From Parvibaculum sp. (GTDB taxonomy: Bacteria; Pseudomonadota; Alphaproteobacteria; Parvibaculales; Parvibaculaceae), in assembly GCF_035325945.1 (NCBI RefSeq), contig NZ_DAOKYX010000002.1, positions 13,757 to 77,756 of the forward strand: DNA of 64,000 nt. The letters run 5' to 3'. The position numbers and the translations under genes are program-made. Shown piece by piece: positions 36,104-45,820 of the stretch. Position 1 is the stretch's first letter, and every line of letters begins with the position of its first letter. The notes beneath the pieces were generated by a model. It saw only the letters and a list, made by a program, of their open reading frames with translations, was not told the origin of the DNA and did not search any database.

Positions 36104-36982
36104 ATGGCGAGAGTGGCGTTTCTCGGGCTCGGTGTCATGGGCTTTCCGATGGCCGGGCATCTCAAGAAGGCGGGGCATGAAGTCACCGTCTATAATCGCA
36201 CATCGGCAAAGGCCGAGGCGTGGGTCCGCGAATATGGCGGACGCTCGGCGCCGACGCCGGGCGGCGCGGCGCAGGGCGCGGAGATCGTCTTCGCCTGTGT
36301 CGGGAACGACGCCGATGTGCGCGAGGTGACGCTTGGTTCGGGCGGCGCCTTCGCCAGCATGGAACGCAGCGCCGTTTTCGTCGATCACACCACGGCGTCC
36401 GCCTCTCTCGCGCGGGAACTCGACGCGGCAGCGCGGGAGCGTGGGCTCGGCTTCGTCGATGCGCCCGTTTCCGGCGGGCAGGCGGGAGCGGAGAAGGGCA
36501 TTCTCACGGTGATGGCAGGCGGCGAGGAGGCGGCCTATCGCGTGGCGGAGCCGGTGATCGGCGTCTATGCCCGCGCCGTGCGGCTGATGGGGCCTGCGGG
36601 CTCGGGCCAGCTCACCAAGATGGTGAACCAGATTTGCATCGCGGGGCTGGTGCAGGCGCTGGCCGAGGGGCTCGAATTCGCGAAAAAGGCCGGGCTCGAC
36701 GCGGCGGCGGTCATCGACGTGATTTCCAAAGGCGCGGCGCAATCCTGGCAGATGGAAAATCGCTACAGGACCATGATCGATGGCGCTTTCGATCATGGAT
36801 TCGCCGTCGACTGGATGCGGAAGGATCTCGGCATCTGCCTCGACGAGGCGAGGGCGAATGGCGCGCATCTGCCGGTGACGGCGCTGGTGGACCAGTTCTA
36901 TTCCGAAGTGCAGGCCATGGGCGGGGGGCGCTGGGACACGTCGAGCCTCATCGCGCGCTTGCAGCGAGGCGCCGGAACGTGA
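36104..36982 (+). CDS. NAD(P)-dependent oxidoreductase, 3-hydroxyisobutyrate dehydrogenase family
   Basis: From ATG 36104: MARVAFLGLGVMGFPMAGHL (Rossmann fold)...DAPVSGG...GSGQLTKMVNQ. The ORF-track start 35738 is a spurious extension. Confidence 0.88.
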   Translation: MARVAFLGLGVMGFPMAGHLKKAGHEVTVYNRTSAKAEAWVREYGGRSAPTPGGAAQGAEIVFACVGNDADVREVTLGSGGAFASMERSAVFVDHTTASASLARELDAAARERGLGFVDAPVSGGQAGAEKGILTVMAGGEEAAYRVAEPVIGVYARAVRLMGPAGSGQLTKMVNQICIAGLVQALAEGLEFAKKAGLDAAAVIDVISKGAAQSWQMENRYRTMIDGAFDHGFAVDWMRKDLGICLDEARANGAHLPVTALVDQFYSEVQAMGGGRWDTSSLIARLQRGAGT

Positions 36983-36988
36983 AGTAAA

Positions 36989-37017
36989 CCCGGGCGCGTC
37001 TCCACGCCCGGGTTTTT
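36989..37017. terminator. Bidirectional intrinsic terminator
   Basis: aaa-cccgggcg (36989-36996), an 8-nt loop, then cgcccggg (37005-37012)-ttttt. It lies between convergent genes. Confidence 0.8.
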
Positions 37018-37042
37018 CTTCGCCTTTCAGGGGCCGATCTTC

Positions 37043-37472
37043 TCAGAAGTTTGCCGCCAGAGTGAGGAAGGGTCCGTGGATGAAATAGTCGGACTTGCCG
37101 ACATTCATGCCGTAGCCGTTGTTATCCGTGATGGCGACATTGACCGACGACCAGTACTGGAACTGATAGCCGAGAACGAGCTTCGTATTCCCGACAACGT
37201 TCACCGAGGCTTGCGTCCCGGTCGCTCCAGCGATAGCCGGCCAGTGCCTGGCCGAGCCAGCCGTCGCCGGGCGCGGTTCGGGCGGTTTCATGGGGCACGG
37301 CCGGTCCGAACAGCTGCCAGTCCTTCGGCATTGCATCGACGAGGTAGGAGCCCGTCAGCGAGATGAAATAGCCGGATGCGGGTGTCTGATCTTCAGTGCT
37401 TGCACTCGCGATTCCGATGCAGCTCACCATCGCCACGATCGATGCCGAAGCCAATAGCCATGCCTTGTTCAC
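37043..37472 (-). pseudogene. Small outer-membrane beta-barrel-type protein with a 1-nt frame break near 37205-37225
   Basis: The 5' part (frame of 37122..37472) has signal peptide MNKAWLLASASIVAMVSCIGIASA and good GC3. The 3' part (frame of 37043..37336) reads ...NTKLVLGYQFQYWSSVNVAITDNNGYGMNVGKSDYFIHGPFLTLAANF with a terminal Phe. Each frame loses coding-type GC3 beyond the junction. Confidence 0.55.
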
Positions 37473-37655
37473 AGATTGATACCTTTGTGATTGTAAAGAA
37501 AAGACCGTCTGCCCGGCCCGTTATGAAAAGAGGGAGGTCAGCGGGGAAAGCAATGGAGAACGGGGAGGTATGTATCCCTCGCCGATGAACTTGCCCGATG
37601 CCCTGCCGCACTGTCAGACTATGGGTGAAATCCGACGGAGCGTTGCAGCGACGTC
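37473..37655 (+). promoter_or_regulatory. Long 5' leader of the ornithine decarboxylase gene (possible speF-type RNA element)
   Basis: ~180 nt non-coding and G-rich (gagggagg, gcgggg, acggggagg), with a local hairpin gggga-N8-tccct. The call rests on position upstream of an alphaproteobacterial ODC only. Confidence 0.25.
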
Positions 37656-38819
37656 GTGTCTGGCATGGTGAAGCTTGTGGTCAAAGAAGCCCGCTTCTCT
37701 TCCGTCGCCGAGGTGATCGAGCGGCTGAACCCCTCCTATCCGGTGTTCATGGTCTTCCCGGGGATTCTCAAGGATCGCGCGCGTGCCTTCCTTTCCGGTT
37801 TTCCGGGCACGGTGCTCTATGCCGTCAAATGCAATCCGGACCCGCATGTGCTGCGCGCGCTTCACGAGGCGGGCATCCGGCATTTCGATACGGCCTCGTT
37901 GCCCGAGATCGCGAAGATCAACGAACTCTTTGCCGATGCACATTGCTATTTCAACCATCCGGTGAAGAGCAGGGGCGCGCTCGAATCCGCGTCCGATGTC
38001 TATGGGCTCGCGGACTATGTCGTCGATCACATGGCCGAACTCGACAAGCTCTGCGAAGTCGTGGGCACGGACATAACGGTCGAGGTGCGGATCGCCACGG
38101 AGCATGGCAGGGCGGTCTATGATCTCTCCTCGAAATTCGGCGCGAGGCACCGCGATGCGGTGGCGCTGCTCAAGGAGGCGAACCGGCGCGGCACGCGTAC
38201 GGCGGTGGCCTTCCATGTCGGCAGCCAGTGTCCCGATCCGGACGCCTACAGGCTTGCCATGATCGATGCGGCGGCGATCATCCGCGAGGCAGGCGTGCCG
38301 GTCGAGTATCTCGATATTGGCGGCGGCTTCCCTGTGGAATACGGCACGCCGGTGCCGCCCATCACAGCTTTCTTCGACGTCATCATAAGAGCGAGGGATG
38401 AGCTGGGGCTTTCCATGCCGCTCTTCGCCGAGCCCGGACGCGCGCTCAGCGCCGATGGCTGCTCGGTGCTTGCGCAGGTTCAGCTTCGCAAGGATGGCGA
38501 TCTCTATATCAATGATGGCGTCTATGGCTGCCTTGCCGAAATCCAGCTTGGCGGCCAGAAGCCACCGCTGCGGGCGCTCCGCCTTGCCGGTGGAAAATGC
38601 GCGTCCGTTTCGGGCGCGACGCGGACCTTCCGCATCTTCGGTCCCACCTGCGACAGTCTCGACGTGTTCAAGGTCCAGTTCGAGTTGCCGGATGGGATCG
38701 AGGAGGGCGACTGGATCGAGTTCCGCCGCATGGGCGCCTACTCGATCGGGATGCAGACCGCCTTCAACGGATTTTTCACCGATACGGTCGTCGAGGTCGC
38801 GGGGCTGAACGACACCTGA
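37656..38819 (+). CDS. Type III PLP-dependent ornithine/lysine decarboxylase (ODC-like)
   Basis: VLYAVKCNPDPHVL (PLP-Lys motif), HVGSQ, DIGGGFP and EPGRAL motifs. Start is GTG 37656 or ATG 37665. Confidence 0.9.
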   Translation: MSGMVKLVVKEARFSSVAEVIERLNPSYPVFMVFPGILKDRARAFLSGFPGTVLYAVKCNPDPHVLRALHEAGIRHFDTASLPEIAKINELFADAHCYFNHPVKSRGALESASDVYGLADYVVDHMAELDKLCEVVGTDITVEVRIATEHGRAVYDLSSKFGARHRDAVALLKEANRRGTRTAVAFHVGSQCPDPDAYRLAMIDAAAIIREAGVPVEYLDIGGGFPVEYGTPVPPITAFFDVIIRARDELGLSMPLFAEPGRALSADGCSVLAQVQLRKDGDLYINDGVYGCLAEIQLGGQKPPLRALRLAGGKCASVSGATRTFRIFGPTCDSLDVFKVQFELPDGIEEGDWIEFRRMGAYSIGMQTAFNGFFTDTVVEVAGLNDT

Positions 38820-38878
38820 AATTTTTCCCGGAATACATCCTCAGTTCACGGAGTGTTCTACTGCGCTCTGTTGATTTT

Positions 38879-38899
38879 CATGTTAACGATGATAACATG
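38879..38899. promoter_or_regulatory. Perfect 7-bp inverted repeat, candidate TetR operator
   Basis: catgtta-acgatga-taacatg, lying 28 nt upstream of the preferred tetR start. Confidence 0.4.
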
Positions 38900-38926
38900 G
38901 GTTCGCGCGGACAAAGAAGGAACGCC

Positions 38927-39385
38927 ATGAGGGCAAGGCTTCGTGGACAGAAGACGCATTACCATCACGGCGATCTGAAGCGCGCGCTTATGGATGCGGC
39001 GGCGACGCTGATCGACATACGCGGGCGCGACGCGCTCACGCTGCGGGAAGCGGCGCGGAGGGCAGGCGTCTCCGAGGCTGCGCCCTATCGTCATTTCGCC
39101 AATCTCGACGAGCTGTTGGGGGCAGTGGCGCTTGAAGGCTACGAGATGTTGATCACCGATCTCGAACATGCGGGCTCGGCGCGCGGCGTGCGCGACGCCT
39201 ATCTCGCCTTTGCGGGCGATTTTCCCGGCCGCTATGCGCTGATGTTCGGTCCGCTCGCCGACAGGAAGGCGGCGGCGCGGCGCAGGGAAGAGGTCGAGCA
39301 CGTCGCGGAATTGACGGAAGAGGCAGGCGGGCTCACCACGCTGCACGGCATGGCGTCGCTCAGGCTCGCGGGGCTTGCGGAGTAG
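38927..39385 (+). CDS. TetR/AcrR family transcriptional regulator
   Basis: HYHHGDLKRALMDAAATLIDIRGRDALTLREAARRAGVSEAAPYRHF. ATG 38927 has GAAGGAA upstream. The alternative ATG 38897 lies inside the palindrome. Confidence 0.88.
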   Translation: MRARLRGQKTHYHHGDLKRALMDAAATLIDIRGRDALTLREAARRAGVSEAAPYRHFANLDELLGAVALEGYEMLITDLEHAGSARGVRDAYLAFAGDFPGRYALMFGPLADRKAAARRREEVEHVAELTEEAGGLTTLHGMASLRLAGLAE

Positions 39386-39391
39386 CGGGGC

Positions 39392-40477
<1,086 letters not shown>

Positions 40478-40492
40478 TTAGCCTTGCCCGCG

Positions 40493-40521
40493 TTGACAGG
40501 GGGTAGGGGCGTCATTATCAC
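40493..40521 (+). promoter_or_regulatory. Candidate sigma70-type promoter (TTGACA-N17-TATCAC)
   Basis: ttgaca at 40493-40498 and tatcac at 40516-40521, 35 nt upstream of the acyl-CoA dehydrogenase ATG. Sequence match only. Confidence 0.35.
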
Positions 40522-40556
40522 GGCCGGAGGCGCAGGGCCGCAGGAGGGAGATTGCG

Positions 40557-41696
40557 ATGCAGTTCGGGCTTAGCGAGGACCAGCGGGCGTTTCAGGAGAT
40601 GGCGCGGACATTCGCCGCCGAGGAACTGGCGCCCCATGCCGCCGAATGGGACCGGACGCATTTCTTTCCGGTGGAGACGCTGCGCAAGGCGGCGGCGCTC
40701 GGTCTCGCGGGCATTTATGTGAAGGAAGATGTCGGCGGATCAGGGCTCACAAGGCTCGATGCGGCGCTCGTCTTCGAGGCGCTGTCGGAAGGGTGCACGT
40801 CCACGGCGGCCTTCCTGTCGATCCACAACATGGCGTCGTGGATGATCGACACATTCGGGACCGAGCTTCAGCGCCATCGCTTCCTGCCGAAGCTGACGAC
40901 GATGGAACTCATCGCGAGCTATTGCCTGACCGAGCCGTCGTCGGGCTCGGACGCCGCCTCGCTCCGCACGCGGGCGGTGAAAGACGGCGATTACTATGTG
41001 CTCAACGGCTCCAAGGCTTTCATTTCGGGCGGCGGAGTGTCGGACCTCTATGTCTGCATGGTGCGGACGGGCGAGGCGGGCGCGAAGGGCATTTCCTGCC
41101 TCATCGTCGAGAAGGGAACGCCGGGGCTCTCCTTCGGCGCGCCGGAGCGGAAGATGGGCTGGAACTCGCAACCCACCGCGCAGGTGATCTTCGAGGATTG
41201 CCGCGTGCCGGTCGCCAACCTCATCGGCAAGGAAGGCGAAGGCTTCAAGATCGCGATGATGGGCCTCGATGGCGGGCGGCTCAATATCGGCGCCTGCGCG
41301 CTCGGCACGGCGAAGGCGGCCTTCTCGCGCGCCAAAGCCTATCTCGGCGAGCGCCAGCAATTCGGAAAGCCGCTTTCGGCCTTTCAGGCGCTTCAGTTCA
41401 AGCTTGCGGACATGGCGACGGAGTTCGAGGCCGCGCGGCTTCTGCTCTTGCAGGCGGCCACCAAGGTCGATGAGAAAGCGCCGGATGCGACCATGCATGC
41501 CGCCATGGCGAAGCGCTATGCCACGGATGTGAGCTTCAAGGTGGTGAACGAGGCGCTGCAGATTCACGGCGGCTACGGTTATCTCAACGATTTCCCGCTG
41601 GAGCGGCATCTGCGCGATGTGCGCGTGCACCAGATTCTGGAAGGCACGAACGAGATCATGCGCGTCATCATCGCGCGCGAGTTGCTGAAGAGTTGA
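40557..41696 (+). CDS. Acyl-CoA dehydrogenase (isobutyryl-CoA dehydrogenase-like)
   Basis: 379 aa. [14 protein letters not shown]...[35 protein letters not shown]. Confidence 0.92.
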   Translation: MQFGLSEDQRAFQEMARTFAAEELAPHAAEWDRTHFFPVETLRKAAALGLAGIYVKEDVGGSGLTRLDAALVFEALSEGCTSTAAFLSIHNMASWMIDTFGTELQRHRFLPKLTTMELIASYCLTEPSSGSDAASLRTRAVKDGDYYVLNGSKAFISGGGVSDLYVCMVRTGEAGAKGISCLIVEKGTPGLSFGAPERKMGWNSQPTAQVIFEDCRVPVANLIGKEGEGFKIAMMGLDGGRLNIGACALGTAKAAFSRAKAYLGERQQFGKPLSAFQALQFKLADMATEFEAARLLLLQAATKVDEKAPDATMHAAMAKRYATDVSFKVVNEALQIHGGYGYLNDFPLERHLRDVRVHQILEGTNEIMRVIIARELLKS

Positions 41697-42739
41697 GCAT
41701 GAGCGAAGAAGCCGAAGTCCTGTTCTCGCGCGAGGGCCGCGCGGGGATCATTACCCTCAATCGTCCCAAGGCGCTCAACGCGCTGACGCTCGGCATGGTG
41801 CGGCTCATCCATCCGCAGCTCACCGCCTGGGCCGCCGATCCCGAAATCGGGCTCGTCATCATCGAGGGCGCGGGCGACCGCGCCTTTTGCGCCGGTGGCG
41901 ACATACGGGCGCTGCATGACTGGGGCAAGGCGGGCGACCCGCATGTAATCCGTTTCTATGCGGAGGAATATCGCCTCAACACCTTCATCAAGCGCTATCC
42001 GAAACCCTTCGTGTCGCTGATGGACGGCATCGATATGGGCGGCGGCGTCGGCCTGTCCGTTCACGGCTCGGTGCGCGTCGCGACGGAGCGGCTGACCTTC
42101 GCCATGCCCGAGACGGGGATCGGGCTTTTTCCCGATGTCGGCGGAACGTGGTTCCTGCCGCGCTGCCCCGGCGAGGTCGGCATGTTCCTCGCGCTCACGG
42201 GCGAGCGGCTCAAGGCGGCGGATGCGATTTATGCCGGGATTGCCGATGTCTTCGTTCCGAGCGACCGGCTCGGTGCGCTGAAGGAGCGTCTTGCGGCCGG
42301 CGAGACGATCGACGAGGTGCTGAAGGAACTTGCGGGCGATCCGGGCGAGCCGTCTCTGGCCAGGCAACGCGAAGCGATCGACCGGCATTTTGCGCGAGGC
42401 TCGGTCGCCGGGATCGTCGCCTCGCTCGAGGCCGATGGCGGCGAGTGGGCGGCGAAGGTGCGCTCGACGCTCGCGACGAAATCGCCGACGAGCCTCCTCG
42501 TCACCTATCGCCAGATCCGCGAAGGCGCGAAGCTCTCCTTCGAGGAGTGCATGAAGCTCGAGTTCCGGCTGACCAATCGCTTCATGCGGGGGCACGACTT
42601 CTATGAGGGCGTGCGGGCGATCATCATCGACAAGGACCAGACGCCGGTCTGGAAGCCGGCCGCGCTCGGCGAGGTCGGCGCGGAGGCCGTCGATGCCTAT
42701 TTCGCATCGCTGGGCGACGATGAGCTGACGTTCGTCTGA
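41693..42739 (+). CDS. Enoyl-CoA hydratase-family 3-hydroxyisobutyryl-CoA hydrolase-like protein
   Basis: 348 aa. [12 protein letters not shown]...[10 protein letters not shown]...[13 protein letters not shown]. The length and C-terminal extension are typical of HIBYL-CoA hydrolases. ATGA overlap with the dehydrogenase. Confidence 0.88.
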   Translation: MSMSEEAEVLFSREGRAGIITLNRPKALNALTLGMVRLIHPQLTAWAADPEIGLVIIEGAGDRAFCAGGDIRALHDWGKAGDPHVIRFYAEEYRLNTFIKRYPKPFVSLMDGIDMGGGVGLSVHGSVRVATERLTFAMPETGIGLFPDVGGTWFLPRCPGEVGMFLALTGERLKAADAIYAGIADVFVPSDRLGALKERLAAGETIDEVLKELAGDPGEPSLARQREAIDRHFARGSVAGIVASLEADGGEWAAKVRSTLATKSPTSLLVTYRQIREGAKLSFEECMKLEFRLTNRFMRGHDFYEGVRAIIIDKDQTPVWKPAALGEVGAEAVDAYFASLGDDELTFV

Positions 42740-42895
42740 GTTAAGGAAAATTGAACGCCGTGTCTCCTTCCGGGTGACAAAGCTTCAATTTGTATCGGGT
42801 TTAAGCAGTCGTTAGGCACATGCGGCTATTCTCTCATGCGGTGGGAGTCCAGGAGCGACTCCAGCCGGTGTTCGCTGAAGTTGAGAGGCTAGATC

Positions 42896-43408
42896 ATGTC
42901 TATGATGACGACGCAGGCTAATGTTGTGGTTGCCCGGGACGACCAGGCAGCAGCTAAGCCGTCATATCTGGAAGCGCTGACCTATGTCGAGCGTCTGCAT
43001 CGCCGGCTTCTCGACGTGATCAAGGACGAACTCGACCGCCTCAACTGCTCGGAGATCAACAGCGTTCAGGCGCTGCTGCTCTTCAATATCGGCGATGCGG
43101 AAATGACCGCAGGCGAACTTCGCACGCGCGGCCACTATCTCGGCTCGAACGTCTCCTACAATCTCAAGAAGCTCGTCGAGGCCGGCTATATCAGCCATCA
43201 GCGTTCGCGGCTTGATCGCCGCTCGGTCAGGGTGCGCCTCACGGAAAAGGGCCACGACATCTGCCGGGCGATCGACGAGCTTTACAACAAGCATTGCCGC
43301 TCCATCGCCGAGGTCGGCGACATCAGCATCGAGGAGCTGAAGCTCATCAATGCGACGCTGAACAAGCTCGAGCGCTTCTGGACCGACCAGATCCGCTATC
43401 GCCTCTGA
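42896..43408 (+). CDS. MarR-type winged-helix regulator, LdtR-like by context
   Basis: 170 aa. INSVQALLLFNIGDAEMTAGELRTRGHYLGSNVSYNLKKLVEAGYISHQRSRLDRRSVRVRLTEKG. Sits directly upstream of an L,D-transpeptidase gene, as described for ldtR-ldtP. Confidence 0.8.
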   Translation: MSMMTTQANVVVARDDQAAAKPSYLEALTYVERLHRRLLDVIKDELDRLNCSEINSVQALLLFNIGDAEMTAGELRTRGHYLGSNVSYNLKKLVEAGYISHQRSRLDRRSVRVRLTEKGHDICRAIDELYNKHCRSIAEVGDISIEELKLINATLNKLERFWTDQIRYRL

Positions 43409-43482
43409 GCCCCAAGGCCCCTTCCATACCGCACCCGTCCTGTCCTGCGCGCGGACTGCATGCTTATTGCAGTCTGGTAGAG

Positions 43483-43542
43483 ATCAGGCGTTAACCTGTC
43501 CCGAAGCCGGACGAAGCGCCGGAGACAGGGTTAATTCTGATC
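43483..43542. repeat. ~60-nt imperfect inverted repeat between the regulator and the L,D-transpeptidase gene
   Basis: Left arm is gatcag-gcg-ttaacc-tgtc (43483-43500) and right arm is gacag-g-gttaa-tt-ctgatc (43524-43542). The centre is GC-rich (ccgaagccggacgaagcgccgga). Confidence 0.5.
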
Positions 43543-43555
43543 GGGCCGTGCCGGG

Positions 43556-44818
43556 TTGGGGCGTATTTTGGCGAAATCGAACGGACTTCGTGTTGCGGGG
43601 CTGTTGCTTCAGGCTGTGATCGCCTGCGGGCTGGCATGGCCTGCTCATGCCTCGTCCCGCGCCGCCCCCCGCGATACGCAATGGATCGACCCCTGGTCGC
43701 TCCAGTCCGATAGCGAGGTGGCGCCCGCCGCAAGCTCGGCCGTGCCAACGCTCGGCGCGGACGGGCTTTCGCGTTTCGGCGAAGCCATCGCGCGCTACAG
43801 GCGCATCGAGGCGCGCGGCGGCTGGCCGCGCATTCCCGAAGGCGAGCTTCTCGAAAAGGGCGTTCGCGATCCGCGCGTGGCGCTGCTCCGCGCGCGCCTT
43901 GCCGCGACCGGGGACATGGCGCAAACGGCAGGCGGCGATGCGCAGCTTTTCGATCAGGCTGTGGCCGATGGCGTCCGAAAATTTCAGACGCGGCTCGGCA
44001 TGCGGGCGGACGGCACGGTCGGGCGCGCGACCATCGCGGCGCTCAACGTGCCGGTTGGAACGCGCATCCACCAGCTTGAAATCAACATGCGGCGGATCGG
44101 CAACGCCGCGCAGGAACTTCCGTCTCGCTATGTGTTCGTGAACATTGCCGGCCAGCAGGTCGAGGCGGTGGAGGGGGGCAGGGTTTCGCTCCGCAAGCGC
44201 GTGATCGTCGGCAAGGAAGATCGTCAGACACCGGAACATACGAGCCGCATCGGTTCCGTCACGCTCAATCCCTATTGGAACGTGCCGCAGTCGATCGCGA
44301 TGAAGGACCTTCTGCCGAAGATCAGGTCGAATCCGGGCTTCCTCGACCGCATGGGCATTCGCGTGCTGCGCGGAGACGGAAGCGAGGTCGATGCGGCAAC
44401 CGTCGACTGGCGCGACCCCGGCGTCGTTGCTAAATACCGGCTGCGCCAGGATCCGAGCAAGTACAATTCGCTCGGAACGGTGCGGATCAATTTTCCGAAC
44501 CCCTATGCCGTCTATCTGCACGATACGCCGGTGAGGACGCTTTTCAGCCGCAACGACAGGAGCTTCAGCTCGGGCTGCGTGCGGGTGGAGGATATTCGCG
44601 ACCTCGCGTCCTGGCTCCTTCGCGATGCGGGCTGGACGCGAGCGCGTATCGACAGGGCCATCGCCGATGGTGAGCACACGGACGTGCCTCTCGCCCGGCC
44701 CATGCCGATCTACATGATCTATCTCACCGCCTGGGTAGGCGAGGATGGCACGGTCAGTTTCCGCGACGATGTCTATGGCCGCGACGGCAAGCTCTCGGCC
44801 GCCTTTCCCGGCCGCTGA
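43556..44818 (+). CDS. L,D-transpeptidase (YkuD domain) with peptidoglycan-binding domain
   Basis: Signal peptide ...GLAWPAHA, a PG_binding-like region (VRKFQTRLGMRADGTVGRATIAALN), and catalytic region LHDTP...RSFSSGCVRV. Start TTG 43556 is uncertain. Confidence 0.9.
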   Translation: MGRILAKSNGLRVAGLLLQAVIACGLAWPAHASSRAAPRDTQWIDPWSLQSDSEVAPAASSAVPTLGADGLSRFGEAIARYRRIEARGGWPRIPEGELLEKGVRDPRVALLRARLAATGDMAQTAGGDAQLFDQAVADGVRKFQTRLGMRADGTVGRATIAALNVPVGTRIHQLEINMRRIGNAAQELPSRYVFVNIAGQQVEAVEGGRVSLRKRVIVGKEDRQTPEHTSRIGSVTLNPYWNVPQSIAMKDLLPKIRSNPGFLDRMGIRVLRGDGSEVDAATVDWRDPGVVAKYRLRQDPSKYNSLGTVRINFPNPYAVYLHDTPVRTLFSRNDRSFSSGCVRVEDIRDLASWLLRDAGWTRARIDRAIADGEHTDVPLARPMPIYMIYLTAWVGEDGTVSFRDDVYGRDGKLSAAFPGR

Positions 44819-44872
44819 ATTCGATTAGACTTTCCGGAATTGTGCCTGAGCGAAAAGGGGGAGAGCGACACC

Positions 44873-45658
44873 ATGCCGTCACCGCGTCCGGCCAGATTTC
44901 CGTATCTCGAACATGAGGGCATATTGGCATTTGCCCATCGCGGCGGGGCGAATGACTGGCCTGAGAATACCATGCCTGCCTTTCAGGGGGCGGTCGATCT
45001 CGGCTACCGCTATCTCGAGACGGATGTTCATGCGACACGCGACGGGGTGCTGCTCGCCTTCCATGACGATCATCTCGACCGGGTGACCGATCGCACGGGC
45101 ATGATCGCGGAGATGGATTTCGAGGAGGTGCGGAAGGCGCGCGTCGCCGGCCGGGAGCCGATCCCGAGGCTCGAGGAGCTGCTTCTCGCCTGGCCGGAAA
45201 TCAGGATCAACATCGACCCGAAGCGCGACAATGCGGTGGGGCCGCTCATCCGGGTTCTGCGTTCCTCGGGGGCGATCGATCGCGTCTGCGTCACTTCCTT
45301 TTCGGGGCCGCGCACGGCCGCCATGCGCGAGGCGCTGGGGCCACGTCTTTGCACCGGGCTCGGTCCGGCGGGTACGACGCGGCTTCGCCTGTCGAGCTGG
45401 CTCGGGCCCATGGGCGGGCTCTGCGGCGGCTTCGTCGAGGGCTGCGCGCAGATACCCGTTTCGCAATACGGGATAAGGCTCATCGACCGGGCGCTGATCG
45501 GGCGCGCCCATGAGGCGGGGCTGCAAGTCCATGTCTGGACCATCGACGATCCGGCAGAAATGAACCGCCTCATCGACGTCGGGGTCGACGGGCTCATGAC
45601 CGACCAGCCGGCGGTCCTGAAGGCCGTTCTCATGCAAAGAGGGCTCTGGAGTTCCTAA
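44873..45658 (+). CDS. Glycerophosphodiester phosphodiesterase family protein
   Basis: From ATG 44873 (AAAGGGGGA upstream): AHRGG...PENTMPAFQGAVDLGYRYLETDVHATRDGVLLAFHD. Confidence 0.88.
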   Translation: MPSPRPARFPYLEHEGILAFAHRGGANDWPENTMPAFQGAVDLGYRYLETDVHATRDGVLLAFHDDHLDRVTDRTGMIAEMDFEEVRKARVAGREPIPRLEELLLAWPEIRINIDPKRDNAVGPLIRVLRSSGAIDRVCVTSFSGPRTAAMREALGPRLCTGLGPAGTTRLRLSSWLGPMGGLCGGFVEGCAQIPVSQYGIRLIDRALIGRAHEAGLQVHVWTIDDPAEMNRLIDVGVDGLMTDQPAVLKAVLMQRGLWSS

Positions 45659-45820
45659 TAACCCTGATGCATGTGCATGAATTTAATGCGACAATTCGCG
45701 GTAACAAAGCTCTGCCGCCTGCGGCTATTGTGTGTTAATTGAAACTTGTGATGCCGCAAGGAGCTGCGGAGCGCGCCGCCCGGCATGGCACCACCACCAA
45801 TGCTGAATGGGAACGCGGCC

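Noticed and set aside
45746-45759. FNR/FixK-like box (TTGTGATGCCGCAA) upstream of hemA
   Set aside because: Only the outer TTG...CAA triplets match TTGAT-N4-ATCAA, and the inner positions differ on both halves. This is too weak without a position-weight scan.
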